64,000 bases of DNA, taken from an uncultured Candidatus Berkelbacteria bacterium (GTDB lineage Bacteria; Patescibacteriota; UBA1384; UBA12157; JAENIV01). Both the position numbers and the translations under genes were made by a program. This document shows, piece by piece, positions 1-8,921 of this stretch. The stretch is taken from assembly GCA_963698075.1 (NCBI GenBank), contig OY969116.1, forward strand, positions 189,492 to 253,491, read 5' to 3'. A model generated the notes under the pieces. That model was not told where the DNA came from. It saw only the letters and a list, made by a program, of their open reading frames with translations, and ran no database searches. How positions within the stretch are numbered: the first letter of the stretch is position 1; every line of letters begins with the position of its first letter.

Positions 1-174
1 CATAATGCTGGCATGGTGAAATCTACTAAGAATCGACGACCATTTATACTTGTTTATTCTGAAAAATTTGATAATAAAAAAGCTGCATTTAAAAGAGAGT
101 GGCATCTTAAACATCCAAAGGGTTACTTAGAAAAACTAAAGATCATAAAAAGCATGGGCCCATAGCTCAGCTGG
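1..174 (+). CDS. 3' end of a small GIY-YIG superfamily (YhbQ/UPF0213-like) gene, partial at window edge
   Basis: In-frame translation ...GMVKSTKNRRPFILVYSEKFDNKKAAFKREWHLKHPKGYLEKLKII* resembles the C-terminal half of short GIY-YIG proteins. The stop codon overlaps the start of the tRNA. Confidence 0.4.
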
Positions 175-229
175 TTAGAGCGTATGCATGGCATGCATAA
201 GGTCGCCGGTTCGATCCCGGCTGGGTCCA
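156..229 (+). tRNA. tRNA-Ala (anticodon GGC)
   Basis: Manual cloverleaf: 7-bp acceptor stem GGGCCCA/TGGGTCC with a G3:U70 pair (the Ala identity element). D-arm is GCTC/GAGC. Anticodon stem TATGC/GCATA with loop ATGGCAT gives U33-GGC-A37. T-arm is GCCGG-TTCGATC-CCGGC. Discriminator is A; CCA is not encoded. Confidence 0.85.
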
Positions 230-244
230 AAATAATATTATATT

Positions 245-306
245 AGTAATGGTAGAGCGGTCGCCTTGGCGACAGGTCCGGGGTTCGAATCCCCGTCGGT
301 CCACCA
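245..306 (+). pseudogene. tRNA-like 3' fragment (T-arm, acceptor 3' strand and ACCA; 5' half and anticodon loop aberrant)
   Basis: GGTAGAGCGG...CGGGG-TTCGAAT-CCCCG-TCGGTCC-A-CCA has a canonical T-arm and 3' end. No complementary 5' acceptor or D-stem strand exists upstream. The anticodon arm GTCGC-CTTG-GCGAC has only a 4-nt loop. It lies 15 nt after tRNA-Ala. Confidence 0.4.
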
Positions 307-318
307 CAGTGAATAATT

Positions 319-627
319 ATGAAAATAAAAGATCTTGGGATTTTGCCAAAATATTTCTCTTTGGTAGAAAGCTTCAAGGATTTTGAACCATTTGGTCCGC
401 TATCTTGGGCTGATTGGATTTTAGAAAATATTGATAATGGAAAGTTGTTATTGAAAGTAAGGTTGGATTTAGATTCGGACTACAGAGGAAAAACCAGAGA
501 AATTGATTTGAATAAGAGAAAGAAATATATGGATTTAAGTCCAGAAGGAAAAAGACAGTTACTTGAAATTTTATCAAGCAATGTCGGCAAAAGCATTGAA
601 GAAATTTTTGATTTAGAATTAAAATAG
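319..627 (+). CDS. hypothetical protein (102 aa)
   Basis: ORF with native AT-rich codon usage; no recognisable motif. Confidence 0.45.
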   Translation: MKIKDLGILPKYFSLVESFKDFEPFGPLSWADWILENIDNGKLLLKVRLDLDSDYRGKTREIDLNKRKKYMDLSPEGKRQLLEILSSNVGKSIEEIFDLELK

Positions 628-659
628 AAGAAAAAGTCAAGGAAGCCAAAAAGGGAAGA

Positions 660-1130
660 ATGGATAAAGAGTTTACTTTTACTGAATCGGATTTACAAAA
701 AACTAACGATAAATTAATAGCCAATATTTTTCTGTACGGGCTACCATTTTTGATTTATGCAATTGTAGAACTTATTAAAAATGGTTACTCTGTTGAAAGT
801 CTAATTGTTCTTTTGGGATCAATATTTTCAACAATTGGATCTTTAACTTACGCAGTCTCAATCCAGATTTACGGAGCGAGAAACAAAAAAAGTTGGTGGG
901 CTCTCCTATTAGTGCCGTTAGGATTTATACCCTACATATTTGGATGTTACCTTTGCTTTTATATGGGCTTTTGGAAACTAATAAAACTATTTTCTAATTT
1001 TTCATTTTGGGGATTAGTACTTTCTCTTGCTTCGATTATCTTTGGATACCTAATAGTTCGGACAATTTGGAAAATTTCAGAGATCGGGAGAGCTATCAGT
1101 GATAAAAGAATTAAAATTACAAATAATTAA
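660..1130 (+). CDS. hypothetical membrane protein (about 4 TM)
   Basis: Four long hydrophobic segments; 32 nt after the previous ORF. Confidence 0.5.
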   Translation: MDKEFTFTESDLQKTNDKLIANIFLYGLPFLIYAIVELIKNGYSVESLIVLLGSIFSTIGSLTYAVSIQIYGARNKKSWWALLLVPLGFIPYIFGCYLCFYMGFWKLIKLFSNFSFWGLVLSLASIIFGYLIVRTIWKISEIGRAISDKRIKITNN

Positions 1131-1296
1131 AAAATCTCTTGGAAAAATGCCGGAAAAATTACAAGAGTTTATTAAAGAAGGGAAAAAACTGACCGAAGAA
1201 ATAGATCAGTTTATTAAGAAGTGCAAATTAATATCTTAAAAGGGCAGGTCTAATATGCCATATGAGTTTCAATAGAGGAGTTAATAAAATAATATT

Positions 1297-1803
1297 ATGA
1301 CAATGATAATAGCAACATTTGTTATAGCAATTTCTTTCGTCGTATTTTTTTACCTGTTCGCTAATATTTTTGTTCCGCTACTATTTGATATCCCAGCAAC
1401 AACAAAACTTGGGCGAAAAAATATCATCAAACAGAAACCTGTATTAAAAAAATATATTATAACCATATTAGCGTGTAGTATAGTTGCATCTATAATTTTG
1501 GCACTTGCCTACTATTTTTTTATTAAATATTCGTTTGGTTTTTCCATAAGCCTATTTATTGGAGCTTGCCTAGCACTTTTGATATCTTTATGGAAAATGG
1601 TTTGGTTATTTTCCCGTTACTCGGACAACTATTTAAAATGGTTAGATTTTTACAGAAAAGATAACTCGCGTTACTTAGAGACAGCCGATATGGGTATTAT
1701 TGATGAAGCGTTAGGTGGAAAATCAGGAGAATTGGAAAAACAAACGAATAAAAAGATTGATAAAATGTTTAATAAAAAATACGGAAACCAGAATAAGGAA
1801 TAA
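1297..1803 (+). CDS. hypothetical membrane protein (about 4 TM plus charged C-terminal tail)
   Basis: Hydrophobic N-terminal 100 aa and Lys-rich tail. First gene of a tightly spaced five-gene block. Confidence 0.5.
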   Translation: MTMIIATFVIAISFVVFFYLFANIFVPLLFDIPATTKLGRKNIIKQKPVLKKYIITILACSIVASIILALAYYFFIKYSFGFSISLFIGACLALLISLWKMVWLFSRYSDNYLKWLDFYRKDNSRYLETADMGIIDEALGGKSGELEKQTNKKIDKMFNKKYGNQNKE

Positions 1804-1820
1804 GTTATTTAAGGATTTAT

Positions 1821-2534
1821 ATGAAAATATTTAATTGGCTTTCAAGCAAAAAAGACCGACAAACTTCAAGCGGTGGCAATATTACTGCCAAAAAGGTTTT
1901 AGATTTTGCTACAACATACGAGGAACTAAAACCATATTTTGCTCTCTTTGTGTATTATTTTAAGTCTGTATTGGACAGCGAAAAAGAAATTGAACAGAAA
2001 GTAAGAGAAATTCAGACCAAGACACAGCAAAATCTAAAAGAAGACCAATTATTTAAGGAATTATGGATATTACGATATGTTTGTTTATTTGTATGGTTTT
2101 TTGATCTTAAACCACCAAAAAATAAAACGGAACTTTCTGATGAGCTTTTGGTTATCAATAGCGCACTCAAAAGTGTTCTGAAAGAAAATAATAAGTTGGA
2201 CTACCTGCCTTGGCTTAAAAATGGATTGTCCGAATTTGCTGACGGAGAATTAACTTTTAATAACCTAAAAGGTTTTAGGAAAAACTTTTCAGACAAATTG
2301 GCGGACAAGATTCCGCATATTGCGTTTGATTGCACAGAAGGTAGATTGGGCGGTGAATTACACGATTTTGTTATTGAGTTGGTTATGACAACAATCCAAG
2401 AAGATCAGAAAGTTTTTAGTATGAGTGATGAAAATACTTTGACAGAGGAAGAAGCTCAAAATATCAAAAGTGCAATTATGGAAATGAGCGAAGATAGACA
2501 CAAAACGGCAGAAGATTTTATGAATTCTCTCTAA
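1821..2534 (+). CDS. hypothetical protein (237 aa)
   Basis: ORF 17 nt after the previous gene; no recognisable motif. Confidence 0.5.
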   Translation: MKIFNWLSSKKDRQTSSGGNITAKKVLDFATTYEELKPYFALFVYYFKSVLDSEKEIEQKVREIQTKTQQNLKEDQLFKELWILRYVCLFVWFFDLKPPKNKTELSDELLVINSALKSVLKENNKLDYLPWLKNGLSEFADGELTFNNLKGFRKNFSDKLADKIPHIAFDCTEGRLGGELHDFVIELVMTTIQEDQKVFSMSDENTLTEEEAQNIKSAIMEMSEDRHKTAEDFMNSL

Positions 2535-2557
2535 AAATTTATCTCAAAGAGCAAAAT

Positions 2558-3040
2558 ATGACTGATTTGGAATTACAAAAACGAGATTTACTTATGGAAA
2601 CACAAAGATGTTCTGAACTTTTTAATTCTCAAGTTTTTGCCCAACATCAAATTTTTACCCAGTCCGCTTTTATTGAGATTTTGGTTCGCTTGAATTATAC
2701 CCTTCAAGAGTTAGACAAAAAGAATAACAGAATAGTTTGGACGGACGATATTCAAACCGACCAAAATATCAAAGATATTACAGATTTAGTAAATAATTTA
2801 CGAAATGCCGCTTGCCACAGCGACAGCCCAAGAAATTATATCAGCAACTCAAGTATAAAATTTGTTTTTAATACTTTTGCCGGAAAGTGTCCGAATGCAG
2901 TTAAAATTGGAGAAAATATTTCGTTAGGCAACGAATATCAAGATGACATCGCTTTTTATTACGGAGACAAAAGAATCTACCTTGTGAGGCACATTAAAAG
3001 GTTGTTGGAAGAATTGCCTAACGAAATTAACAAGTTATAA
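2558..3040 (+). CDS. HEPN-like protein (R-x4-H motif), putative RNase/toxin-type domain
   Basis: Motif LVNNLRNAACHSD is R-N-x-x-x-H, the HEPN R-x4-6-H signature. Size (160 aa) is typical for HEPN. Confidence 0.4.
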   Translation: MTDLELQKRDLLMETQRCSELFNSQVFAQHQIFTQSAFIEILVRLNYTLQELDKKNNRIVWTDDIQTDQNIKDITDLVNNLRNAACHSDSPRNYISNSSIKFVFNTFAGKCPNAVKIGENISLGNEYQDDIAFYYGDKRIYLVRHIKRLLEELPNEINKL

Positions 3041-3107
3041 TAAATTAGGCGGCGCGCCAGTTTCACTGGCACAAAATTCGGTAATTTGGTAAAATTAAAC
3101 CACTTAT

Positions 3108-3476
3108 ATGGAAAATTGGACGCTCACTTGGACAAAACTTGCCGAGCTTAAAGAAAGTGAAGTTAATGAGCTCTCGGGAGGCATGACAGGAGTATATAGA
3201 CTGTCTTATAGATCCGAAGACGGAAATTTTTATGTCTTCTATGTCGGGCAGGCTGATGACATTAAAAGTCGTCTTTTAGAACATATTTCAGCCGCGGAAA
3301 AGAATGTATGCATAAAAAATTATATTGATAAAAAAAGTTGTTTTTTTAGATATGCCATAGTGACCAAAGATTATATCCGAGACGCAGCCGAACGACAAAT
3401 GTTTAAGCAATACGAACCAGAGTGCAACGACAAAGAACCGTATGGAAGAGATGACATAATACTAAATCTATCATAA
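3108..3476 (+). CDS. GIY-YIG domain nuclease-like protein
   Basis: GVYRLSY...YVFYVGQADDIKSRLLEH...E matches the GIY...YIG...R...E catalytic motif spacing. Confidence 0.6.
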   Translation: MENWTLTWTKLAELKESEVNELSGGMTGVYRLSYRSEDGNFYVFYVGQADDIKSRLLEHISAAEKNVCIKNYIDKKSCFFRYAIVTKDYIRDAAERQMFKQYEPECNDKEPYGRDDIILNLS

Positions 3477-3480
3477 AAAT

Positions 3481-4080
3481 ATGACTCTTACTATTTGTAT
3501 TATTGCTAAAGATGGTTTAGTGCTTGCTTCCGATAGCCGTGCAAGCTCTTTTCTGACGAGTAATGACACAGTTAAAAAAATTTTTAAATTAGATGACCAT
3601 AACGCTGTTGGAATTGCTGGAGATGGGCCTTTAGCGATGCACTTTTTCGACCTAATCTCCAAGGAATTAAATTTTAAAAATGGTATTTCATCATTAGCTG
3701 AGCAATTGAGGACCTTCGGCAAATCCAAATTTGATGAATTTTTTTCTCACCAAAGTCCTAAAGATCGCCCATTATTAAGCATTATTCTCGCTGGATATAG
3801 TCTTAGTGACAAGCCTGATATATATGTACTTAACAGCAACGATAATTTTGTTCCAAGAAAAAATCCAACTGGTTTCGAATGCGTGGGTATTCCGATTATT
3901 GCTAACTATTTACTTAACCGACTCTATGAGTCAGATATTACAACTGATCATGCTGCAGAACTTGCGACATTTTGTATAAGAGAAACGAGTTCTCAAGATA
4001 ATCGTGTTGGTGGTCCAACACAGATTGCGACTTTTTTCCAATACAAAAGAATATGCGGAATTATCAGTAGAAGATATTAG
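3481..4080 (+). CDS. HslV/proteasome beta-subunit-like Ntn-hydrolase peptidase (no HslU partner nearby)
   Basis: MTLTICIIAKDGLVLASDSRASS has Thr directly after Met1 and the D-S-R-A-S motif. GIAGDG is the GxGxG-like strand. The C-terminal half is collinear with proteasome beta/HslV. Confidence 0.6.
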   Translation: MTLTICIIAKDGLVLASDSRASSFLTSNDTVKKIFKLDDHNAVGIAGDGPLAMHFFDLISKELNFKNGISSLAEQLRTFGKSKFDEFFSHQSPKDRPLLSIILAGYSLSDKPDIYVLNSNDNFVPRKNPTGFECVGIPIIANYLLNRLYESDITTDHAAELATFCIRETSSQDNRVGGPTQIATFFQYKRICGIISRRY

Positions 4081-4224
4081 AAAAATTGAAAATAAATGTG
4101 ACCAATTCCGGTTATTACAAAAGGGCAATTTTTATCCTGAGGATAGCTCTGCAGGTTCTACAATATCAAAAGACGCAACTCCGTCCAGCCCAGGTACACA
4201 AAAGGCAAAAAAGGGGCTTAAACA

Positions 4225-4310
4225 TGGAAAAATACGATCCACAACAAATTGAAGCCAAGTGGCCCCACTTCGCTAAAGCTACGTGGGGTAAACTCCAGAT
4301 TTGGAAATAA
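4225..4310 (+). pseudogene. leuS 5'-end-like remnant (MEKYDPQQIEAKW...)
   Basis: MEKYDPQQIEAKWPHF... mirrors the canonical LeuS N-terminus and the real start MENYDFKSIENKW at 4320. It ends after 28 codons. Confidence 0.3.
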
Positions 4311-4319
4311 AGTAATAAA

Positions 4320-6721
4320 ATGGAAAACTACGACTTTAAATCTATCGAAAATAAGTGGCAAGAACGTTGGGAAAAATCTGGCGCTCATCAGGCAATCGAA
4401 CGTCCAAATGTTCCTAAGTTCTATTGCCTCGATTTCTTCCCCTATCCATCAGGCGAGGGCCTTCATGTCGGTCACTGGCGCGGCTATGTTTTATCTGACA
4501 TTATTTCTCGCTACCAAAAATTAAAGGGCAAAAATATCCTTCATCCAATGGGCTACGATGCCTTTGGTTTACCCGCAGAAAACGCCGCCATCAAAGCCAA
4601 TTCCCATCCTCAAATCTTTACCAATAAGGCCATCAAGCGTTTTCAAAAACAACTACGACAAATTGGCGCGATGTATGATTGGAATCGCGAAATTAATAGC
4701 TCTGATCCCCAATATTATCGCTGGACCCAATCGATATTTTTAAAGTTACACCAAGCCGGGTTTGGCTTATCGTCAAAAAGCGCCGGTTAATTGGTGCCCG
4801 GCCTGCCAGACTGTTTTAGCTAATGAGCAAGTCGTGGCCGGTGAATGTGAACGTTGTGGTGCCAAGACAATCAAAAAAGAACTCACCCAATGGTTTTTTC
4901 GCATCACAAAATATGCCGAAAAACTACTGAACAACTTAGATCAACTCGACTGGCCAGAAAGGACAAAAACTCTCCAGCGCAATTGGATCGGTAAATCTGA
5001 AGGGGCGATGATTAAATTCAAAATTCATGATTCACAATTTAAAGTTGATGTTTTTACCACCCGGCCAGACACTTTATTTGGCGCTACCTTTATGGTTTTG
5101 GCGCCAGAACACCCGATTGTTCAGCAAATCACTACCCCGGAAAATATTGGCGCTGTCCAAGACTATATTGAGAAAACACGTCAGGAATCAGAGCTTTTCC
5201 GCGAAACCGTTGAACGCGAAAAAACCGGAGTTTTTACCGGTGCCTATGCTATCAACCCTGTAAACAACGCCAAGATACCAATCTGGATTGCCGACTATTG
5301 TTTAATTCACTACGGCTCCGGCGCTGTTATGTGTGTCCCTGGTCACGACCGTCGTGATTTCGAATTTGCCAAAAAATTTGCATTACCCGTCGTTCAAGTA
5401 ATATCGCCAGATGGCAAAGTCAACGAGAAACTTCTGCCATATATTGAGTCGGGTTTCAATCTTAATTCGGGACAATACAACGGCCAAAAATCCGAAGACG
5501 CCAAACAGAAAATCACCGAAGATTTAAAAAAGAAGGGTTTGGCGGATTTTGCCACCAAATTCCGACTCCGTGATTGGTTGATTTCCCGGCAGCGTTATTG
5601 GGGGGCGCCGATTCCGATTATTTATTGTCAAAAATGCGGCGAAGTCCCCGTCCCGGAAAAAGAGCTTCCGGTCTTACTTCCAGAGGACGTTGAATTTAAA
5701 CCTAAAGGCGAATCGCCATTAAAACAATCAAAGAAATTTCTTAATACGACTCTGTCCGAAATGTGGCGGTAAAGCTACGCGGGAGACCGACACGATGGAT
5801 ACTTTTGTTGATTCCTCTTGGTATTTTTTACGGTTTACTGATCCAAAAAACAATAAAGAATTTGCCAGCCAAAAAGCCATCAATGTTTGGATGCCGGTTG
5901 ATCTTTATGTTGGCGGAATTGAACACGCCACCATGCACTTACTCTACGCCCGTTTTGTTACTTTGGCGCTTCACGATACTCGGGATTGTAAATTTTGATA
6001 AATTATGGTGAACCTTTCAAAAAACTTTTCAATATCGGTTTGATTTATCTTCACGGCGCCAAAATGTCAAAATCCCGTGGCAACATTGTTACCCCTGATG
6101 AGCTGGTCGCCAAATACGGTTCAGATGCCCTCAGGGGCTACGAAATGTTTGTCGGACCAGCAGATCAAGATAGCGAATGGCAAGTTTCAGGAATCACCGG
6201 TATTTATCGATTCTTAGAGAAAGTCTGGCGGTTTTTCTCACTTCAGGGCACAAAGGAAACATCAATTCAGAATAAACAAATAATCCATCGTCTGATCAGA
6301 AAAATTACTGAAGGATATTGAAAATTTCAGATTCAATACGGCTATTGCCATGCTGATGGAATCTTTTAACGATCTCGATGGAAATATTTCCACCGAGAAC
6401 CTTAAGACATTGGCAATTCTTATCTCACCATTCTTCCCCCACCTTGCCGAGGAAATTTGGGAAAAATTAGGTCAGTCAGAGTCTATTTTTACCGAAAGAT
6501 GGCCCAAGTATGATGCCGAATACCTGAAACTTAAAAAAATCAAAATCGCAATCCAGGTCAATGGTAAATTGCGAGATGTCATCGAGATTGATGTCGGTTT
6601 AAGTCAAAAAGAGGTTGAAGAAAAAGCTTTAACCGCTAAAGTTCAATTAATCATTGGTCCAAGAAAGATAGCCCGACAAATTTACGTTCCTGGAAAAATT
6701 GTCAATTTTGTGCTAGAATAA
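4320..6721 (+). pseudogene. leuS: leucyl-tRNA synthetase leuS, broken by at least 5 single-nucleotide frameshifts
   Basis: Fragments together carry the HVGH-like P-SGEGLHVGHW motif, VNWCPACQT, the CPKCGG zinc knuckle and KMSKS (AKMSKSRGN). Frame changes lie near 4770 (extra T in GGGTTT), 5770 (extra C), about 5990-6000 (two shifts) and 6316 (extra G). Confidence 0.85.
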
Positions 6722-6739
6722 ATTATTAAGGAGCAAAGT

Positions 6740-6918
6740 ATGGCCGAACCAAAAAAGAGATTAACAAGCACCCGATCAGGCAAAAGACGAAGCCAAATAA
6801 TTTCTAAAAACGAAAAATTTATCTATTTGTCCAAAATGTAAAAATCCTGCATCTACCACACCGAGTATGCCCTAATTGTGGGTTTTATAAAGGCAAAGAC
6901 ATACTTAAAATTAGCTGA
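6740..6918 (+). pseudogene. rpmF: ribosomal protein L32 rpmF, two internal frameshifts
   Basis: MAEPKKRLTSTRSGKRRSQ... then ...ICPKCKNPA... then ...PHRVCPNCGFYKGKDILKIS* are spread over three frames. Confidence 0.7.
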
Positions 6919-6995
6919 TAAACAACGCGCCAAGGAAGAAGCGCCGAAAAGACGTGCCGCCGAAGAAAAAAGTAATAAGAAAAAGAGGAGTCGAA

Positions 6996-7400
6996 GTGAA
7001 CCGTCACCTTTCACGAGTGATCTCGATGCAAACACTTTACGAGTGGGATTTTCGACCGAAATCTCAAATTGAAGAAATAAAAATTCGAAACATTAACAAC
7101 TATGATGAGGGTGCTGACGACTGACTATATTGACCAAACTATTCAAGGCGTGATTGACCAATCAAAAGGAAATTGATTGGAAATTGTCAAAGCTGCGCCT
7201 GAATGGCCCATTGAACAAATCTGCGGCGATTGATAAGACAATCCTGAGAATTGCGATATATGAAATTTTAAAATCCGAAGATGTTCCGCCCAAAGTGGCC
7301 ATCAACGAAGCTGTCGAGCTTGGTAAAACCTTTCGGTGGCGAAAATTCATCAAAATTTATCAATGGTGTTTTAGGAACTGTTTATCGTCAGCTTCCCTAA
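6996..7400 (+). pseudogene. nusB: transcription antitermination factor NusB, at least 4 frameshifts
   Basis: GTG start after RBS AGAGGAG. N-terminus NRHLSRVISMQTLYEWDF, then IDKTILRIAIYEIL...DVPPKVAINEAVELGKTF, then C-terminus FINGVLGTVYRQLP*, all in different frames. Confidence 0.7.
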
Positions 7401-7443
7401 GATTACAACCCCGACGAAGATGAATATCTTAAAAAGGAGAAAA

Positions 7444-8166
7444 ATGCCCAAAACAATCAGTCAATTGAAGAATTTGCTCAAAAAATTAGTCTACAATTTT
7501 AAAAATAAAAAACTTCTCAAACAAGTTTTTGTCCATCGTTCGTACCTCAATGAAAATATCGGCTTTGATCTCGATCACAACGAACGACTGGAATTTTTGG
7601 GTGATGCCGTTTTAGAACTCGTCGTTACCGAATATTTATTTGAGAATTTTGACAATCCCGAAGGAGAACTGACTAATTTGCGCTCTGCCCTGGTTAAGGG
7701 GCCGATGCTTTCCGAAGTTGCCAAGGATTTAGGCATGGAAAAAAATCTTTATCTTTCCCGCGGCGAAGCCAAGGCCGAAGGGAAATCGCGACAACTGATT
7801 TTAGCCAATGTTTTTGAGGCCTTGATTGGCGCCATTTACTTAGATCAAGGTTACAAGGCGGCCGTCGAGTTTGTTAAAAAGAACTTGATTTGCCATCTCC
7901 AAAAGATTATTGATGAAAAGCTTTTTCTAGACCCCAAAAGCCATTTACAAGAATTATCCCAAGAACAACTCGACGTTACCCCAGTTTATAAAGTTTTAGA
8001 AGAACACGGGCCGGACCACGCTAAAAGCTTTACTGTTGGCTGTTTCGTAAATGACCGTTTAATCGGCGAAGGCTCTGGCAGTGCAAAGCAAGCGGCTGAA
8101 AGCGCTGCCGCTTCCTCGGCATTAGAACATTGGACTGAAGTTAATTCACAAAACCGTTCGCATTAA
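7444..8166 (+). CDS. rnc: ribonuclease III
   Basis: RNase III signature ERLEFLGDAVLELVVTEYL plus a C-terminal dsRBD; RBS AAAAGGAG before the ATG at 7444; intact. Confidence 0.9.
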   Translation: MPKTISQLKNLLKKLVYNFKNKKLLKQVFVHRSYLNENIGFDLDHNERLEFLGDAVLELVVTEYLFENFDNPEGELTNLRSALVKGPMLSEVAKDLGMEKNLYLSRGEAKAEGKSRQLILANVFEALIGAIYLDQGYKAAVEFVKKNLICHLQKIIDEKLFLDPKSHLQELSQEQLDVTPVYKVLEEHGPDHAKSFTVGCFVNDRLIGEGSGSAKQAAESAAASSALEHWTEVNSQNRSH

Positions 8167-8873
8167 ATAACATATTTTCTAAGTTCTAAATAGAACTCGT
8201 GGGCTTTTTTACGAAGCCCGTCTCTTTCCCGAAATTCCCATGGTAAGATGGGATCTTTTTGTAATATGAGAGCATATTGAAAGATCTGCTTTTTAGCAGT
8301 AAAACGCGGATTGGGATCTTTATCAATCACCTTGAGTATTCTTTCGGCATTAAAATTAAACCTCTTGTACTCATCCTCAATATCAGCCAGTTTCCAAGAT
8401 TTCTCAATAATTGTTTTGTCTAAAGAATTGTTGCGGCTAACTTCAAAAAACTTAAGCGTATTTTCTAAATGTAGCCGACGGCGGATCTCTTCGACTTCAT
8501 TTTTGATGTCCTTCGGTGAAATCCAAACGCTCGGTTGCAGAATTCCCAATCCTAAACGATTTAAAGCTCGACGAATACGATCGCGTAAATCCCGCTGTTT
8601 TTCCGGGACATTAAATATCACTAAACGCCAGCGACCATCCCATTTACCAGTTTCCCGCAAGTTCTTTAAAATCCGATCAAATTCCTTTTCGCCTTTTGGA
8701 GTAATTACATAATGGGTTTCGCCGCCGATTTCTTTTTTCTCTGCCCAACCGTAATTTTTAAGCTTGCTTAAAACTCCCCGAGCTTTTCTGCCCCAGCGAT
8801 TTAAACGATAAAGCGGGACTTTCTTTTCATCTTCCAACAAAATGAAAATTTCTTGCAACGGTGTCAAAGACAT
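8163..8873 (-). CDS. PaaX-family-like transcriptional regulator
   Basis: WDGRWRLVIFNVPEKQRDLRDRIRRALNRLGLGILQPSVWISP matches the PaaX-type conserved core. Confidence 0.5.
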   Translation of the reverse strand: MSLTPLQEIFILLEDEKKVPLYRLNRWGRKARGVLSKLKNYGWAEKKEIGGETHYVITPKGEKEFDRILKNLRETGKWDGRWRLVIFNVPEKQRDLRDRIRRALNRLGLGILQPSVWISPKDIKNEVEEIRRRLHLENTLKFFEVSRNNSLDKTIIEKSWKLADIEDEYKRFNFNAERILKVIDKDPNPRFTAKKQIFQYALILQKDPILPWEFRERDGLRKKAHEFYLELRKYVI

Positions 8874-8921
8874 AAATCTCCTAACAACTTACCATAGCAT
8901 CTAACCGAACGGCCGTCAAGA

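Noticed and set aside
3041-3107. GGCGCGCC (AscI) octamer occurring three times (3050, 18248, 57557) in an AT-rich window, as a possible cloning scar
   Set aside because: Two occurrences are ordinary codons inside rplM (W-R-A-I) and rpoC (E-G-A-P-G). The third lies in a small intergenic hairpin. Nothing else nearby resembles vector sequence.
4004-4524. ORF-track entries 4004..4252, 4086..4310 and 4249..4524
   Set aside because: They are overlapping alternative frames in the island-leuS spacer and the leuS 5' end. Only the MEKYDPQQIEAKW segment is meaningful, as a leuS-start remnant.
4320-7400. Programmed ribosomal frameshifting or transcriptional slippage as the explanation for broken leuS, rpmF and nusB
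   Set aside because: The indel sites (GGGTTT, ACTCTG, GAAGGA and others) are not slippery heptamers or long homopolymers, and there are far too many per gene.
8311-8712. 133-aa plus-strand ORF inside the PaaX-like gene
   Set aside because: Antisense shadow ORF of a well-supported minus-strand gene.
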